Source: Amphiscolops sp. MND2022
Lineage: Eukaryota
Direction of reading: 5' to 3'
DNA length: 64,000 bases
NCBI GenBank assembly: GCA_964187785.1
Contig: OZ076415.1
Coordinates: 43,586,001 to 43,650,000, forward strand
Every line of letters begins with the position of its first letter. Positions within the stretch are counted from its first letter, which is position 1. Shown here in pieces: positions 62,801-64,000 of this stretch. Position numbers and translations under genes: made by a program. Below the pieces are notes generated by a model. The model had not been told where the DNA came from, did not search any database, and worked only from the letters and a program-made list of their open reading frames with translations.

Positions 62801-63007
62801 TTATTAACTACAAAATTAAATGTAGGCCGGGTAAATTTCAGCGGAAAGACTTTTATTTTTTAGGTTAAAAACGAGAGTCTGGAAAACTTTTACAAAAAAC
62901 ACGGCTGAGACATTGAAATTTCATTGCAAATTTCAGAATTCTAAATATAGGCGGAAAATGAGAGGGAGGAATCATATGGTCGGAAAAGGGTGATATAATT
63001 GGGTAAC

Positions 63008-63212
63008 CTGGGGGAGGGCGAATATGAAGCCACAGACCCAGCTGGCCACGAGGGAGCGGTACATGGTGTTGCGTCTCAGCTGGCTCCGCAGTGGCAGCCG
63101 GATGGCCAGCAGTCTGTCCAGGGCAAATCAGCATGGTCAAAAGGGTGGACGTGTACAGAACCACAACAGTTCAAGTACTTGTACACTTTTGCACGCAATG
63201 TTACCCAGGTAC
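63008..63212 (-). CDS. GPCR exon: ECL1-TM3-ICL2-TM4, with three apparent 1-nt insertions
   Basis: After removing 3 extra bases it reads YLGNIACKVYKYLNCVVLYTSTLLTMLIALDRLLAIRLPL...SWVCGFIFALPQ. Acceptor ttctacag; phase-0 donor after PQ. Confidence 0.75.
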
Positions 63213-63349
63213 CTGTAGAAACGAATCTCTGTTGGTTTTTTGTGTCAAAAATCTGAGCCAATTGGTCATCGAGGCTCATCAATGGAATGAAACAGATTTT
63301 TCTATGATGAATGCACTGGAAGTTTTTCGACTTCTAGTTTCAATCGATA

Positions 63350-63549
63350 NNNNNNNNNNNNNNNNNNNNNNNNNNNNNNNNNNNNNNNNNNNNNNNNNNN
63401 NNNNNNNNNNNNNNNNNNNNNNNNNNNNNNNNNNNNNNNNNNNNNNNNNNNNNNNNNNNNNNNNNNNNNNNNNNNNNNNNNNNNNNNNNNNNNNNNNNNN
63501 NNNNNNNNNNNNNNNNNNNNNNNNNNNNNNNNNNNNNNNNNNNNNNNNN
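63350..63549. other. Assembly gap
   Basis: Run of 200 N. Confidence 1.
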
Positions 63550-64000
63550 AAATATTTTCATTTCGACAAATTGGAATCCATTAGCCACTCCATAATAAAT
63601 TTTTCTCGAATCCAAAGACTTTTTAAAACCCTGTTTGAACTTTCATCTTACTTTCTATTTACAGGAAAGATAGGTTGATGGAAATTGGATTATTAATGGA
63701 AATTAAGTAAACTTCGAGTAGACAGTTCTCTCTTGATTGCTGTCTAATCTAAAGCGGAAAACAATATTGTACCTACTTGTCTATTTCACATTTAATCATT
63801 TCTGATCGCAATTTCGTCTTGGTTGAGTTTATAGCTTTTATCGACAAAACATTCAAAAAGCATCATTAGATATGGCTCATTTTAGTAAAAAAGCTCATGT
63901 TAATTTATTTGGCATTAAATGCAATCATTTTTAATCTTCGACCCTGACATATGCGTACTGGATTCTTCGAACGAAACAAATTACCTCGTATGTATCCTCC

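Overview
Eukaryotic (animal-like), AT-rich genomic DNA with three N gaps, dominated by LTR retrotransposons. It contains (1) the 3' part of a BEL/Pao element (1-4738). It also contains (2) two related, unusually large Ty3/Gypsy elements: a decayed copy A (6260-24170, TSD GCCTG) and a young copy B (44037-59866, TSD GTCAG, LTRs that look identical). The host gene is (3) three exons of a GnRH/AKH-receptor-like class A GPCR on the minus strand, with element B inside one of its introns. The main discovery is the architecture shared by A and B. Gag starts about 190 codons inside the LTR and pol is reached by a -1 frameshift at TTTAAAC. Between pol and the 3' LTR lies an antisense gene with spliceosomal introns (6 predicted exons, about 1078 aa in B). 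Its splice sites, phases and two exon lengths (486 and 82 nt) are conserved between the two diverged elements. Its product has a BED/C2H2-like zinc finger and looks like a catalytically dead hAT-transposase derivative. A sense ORF3 with a SIM-like motif runs into the 3' LTR. Tandem arrays of a CpG-containing TAT(G/A)CG(G/T) motif occur in the LTRs, in introns of the antisense gene and in B's upstream spacer. The hypothesis is a retrotransposon-borne DNA-binding/anti-silencing module. All calls come from manual reading; no alignments or database searches were run.
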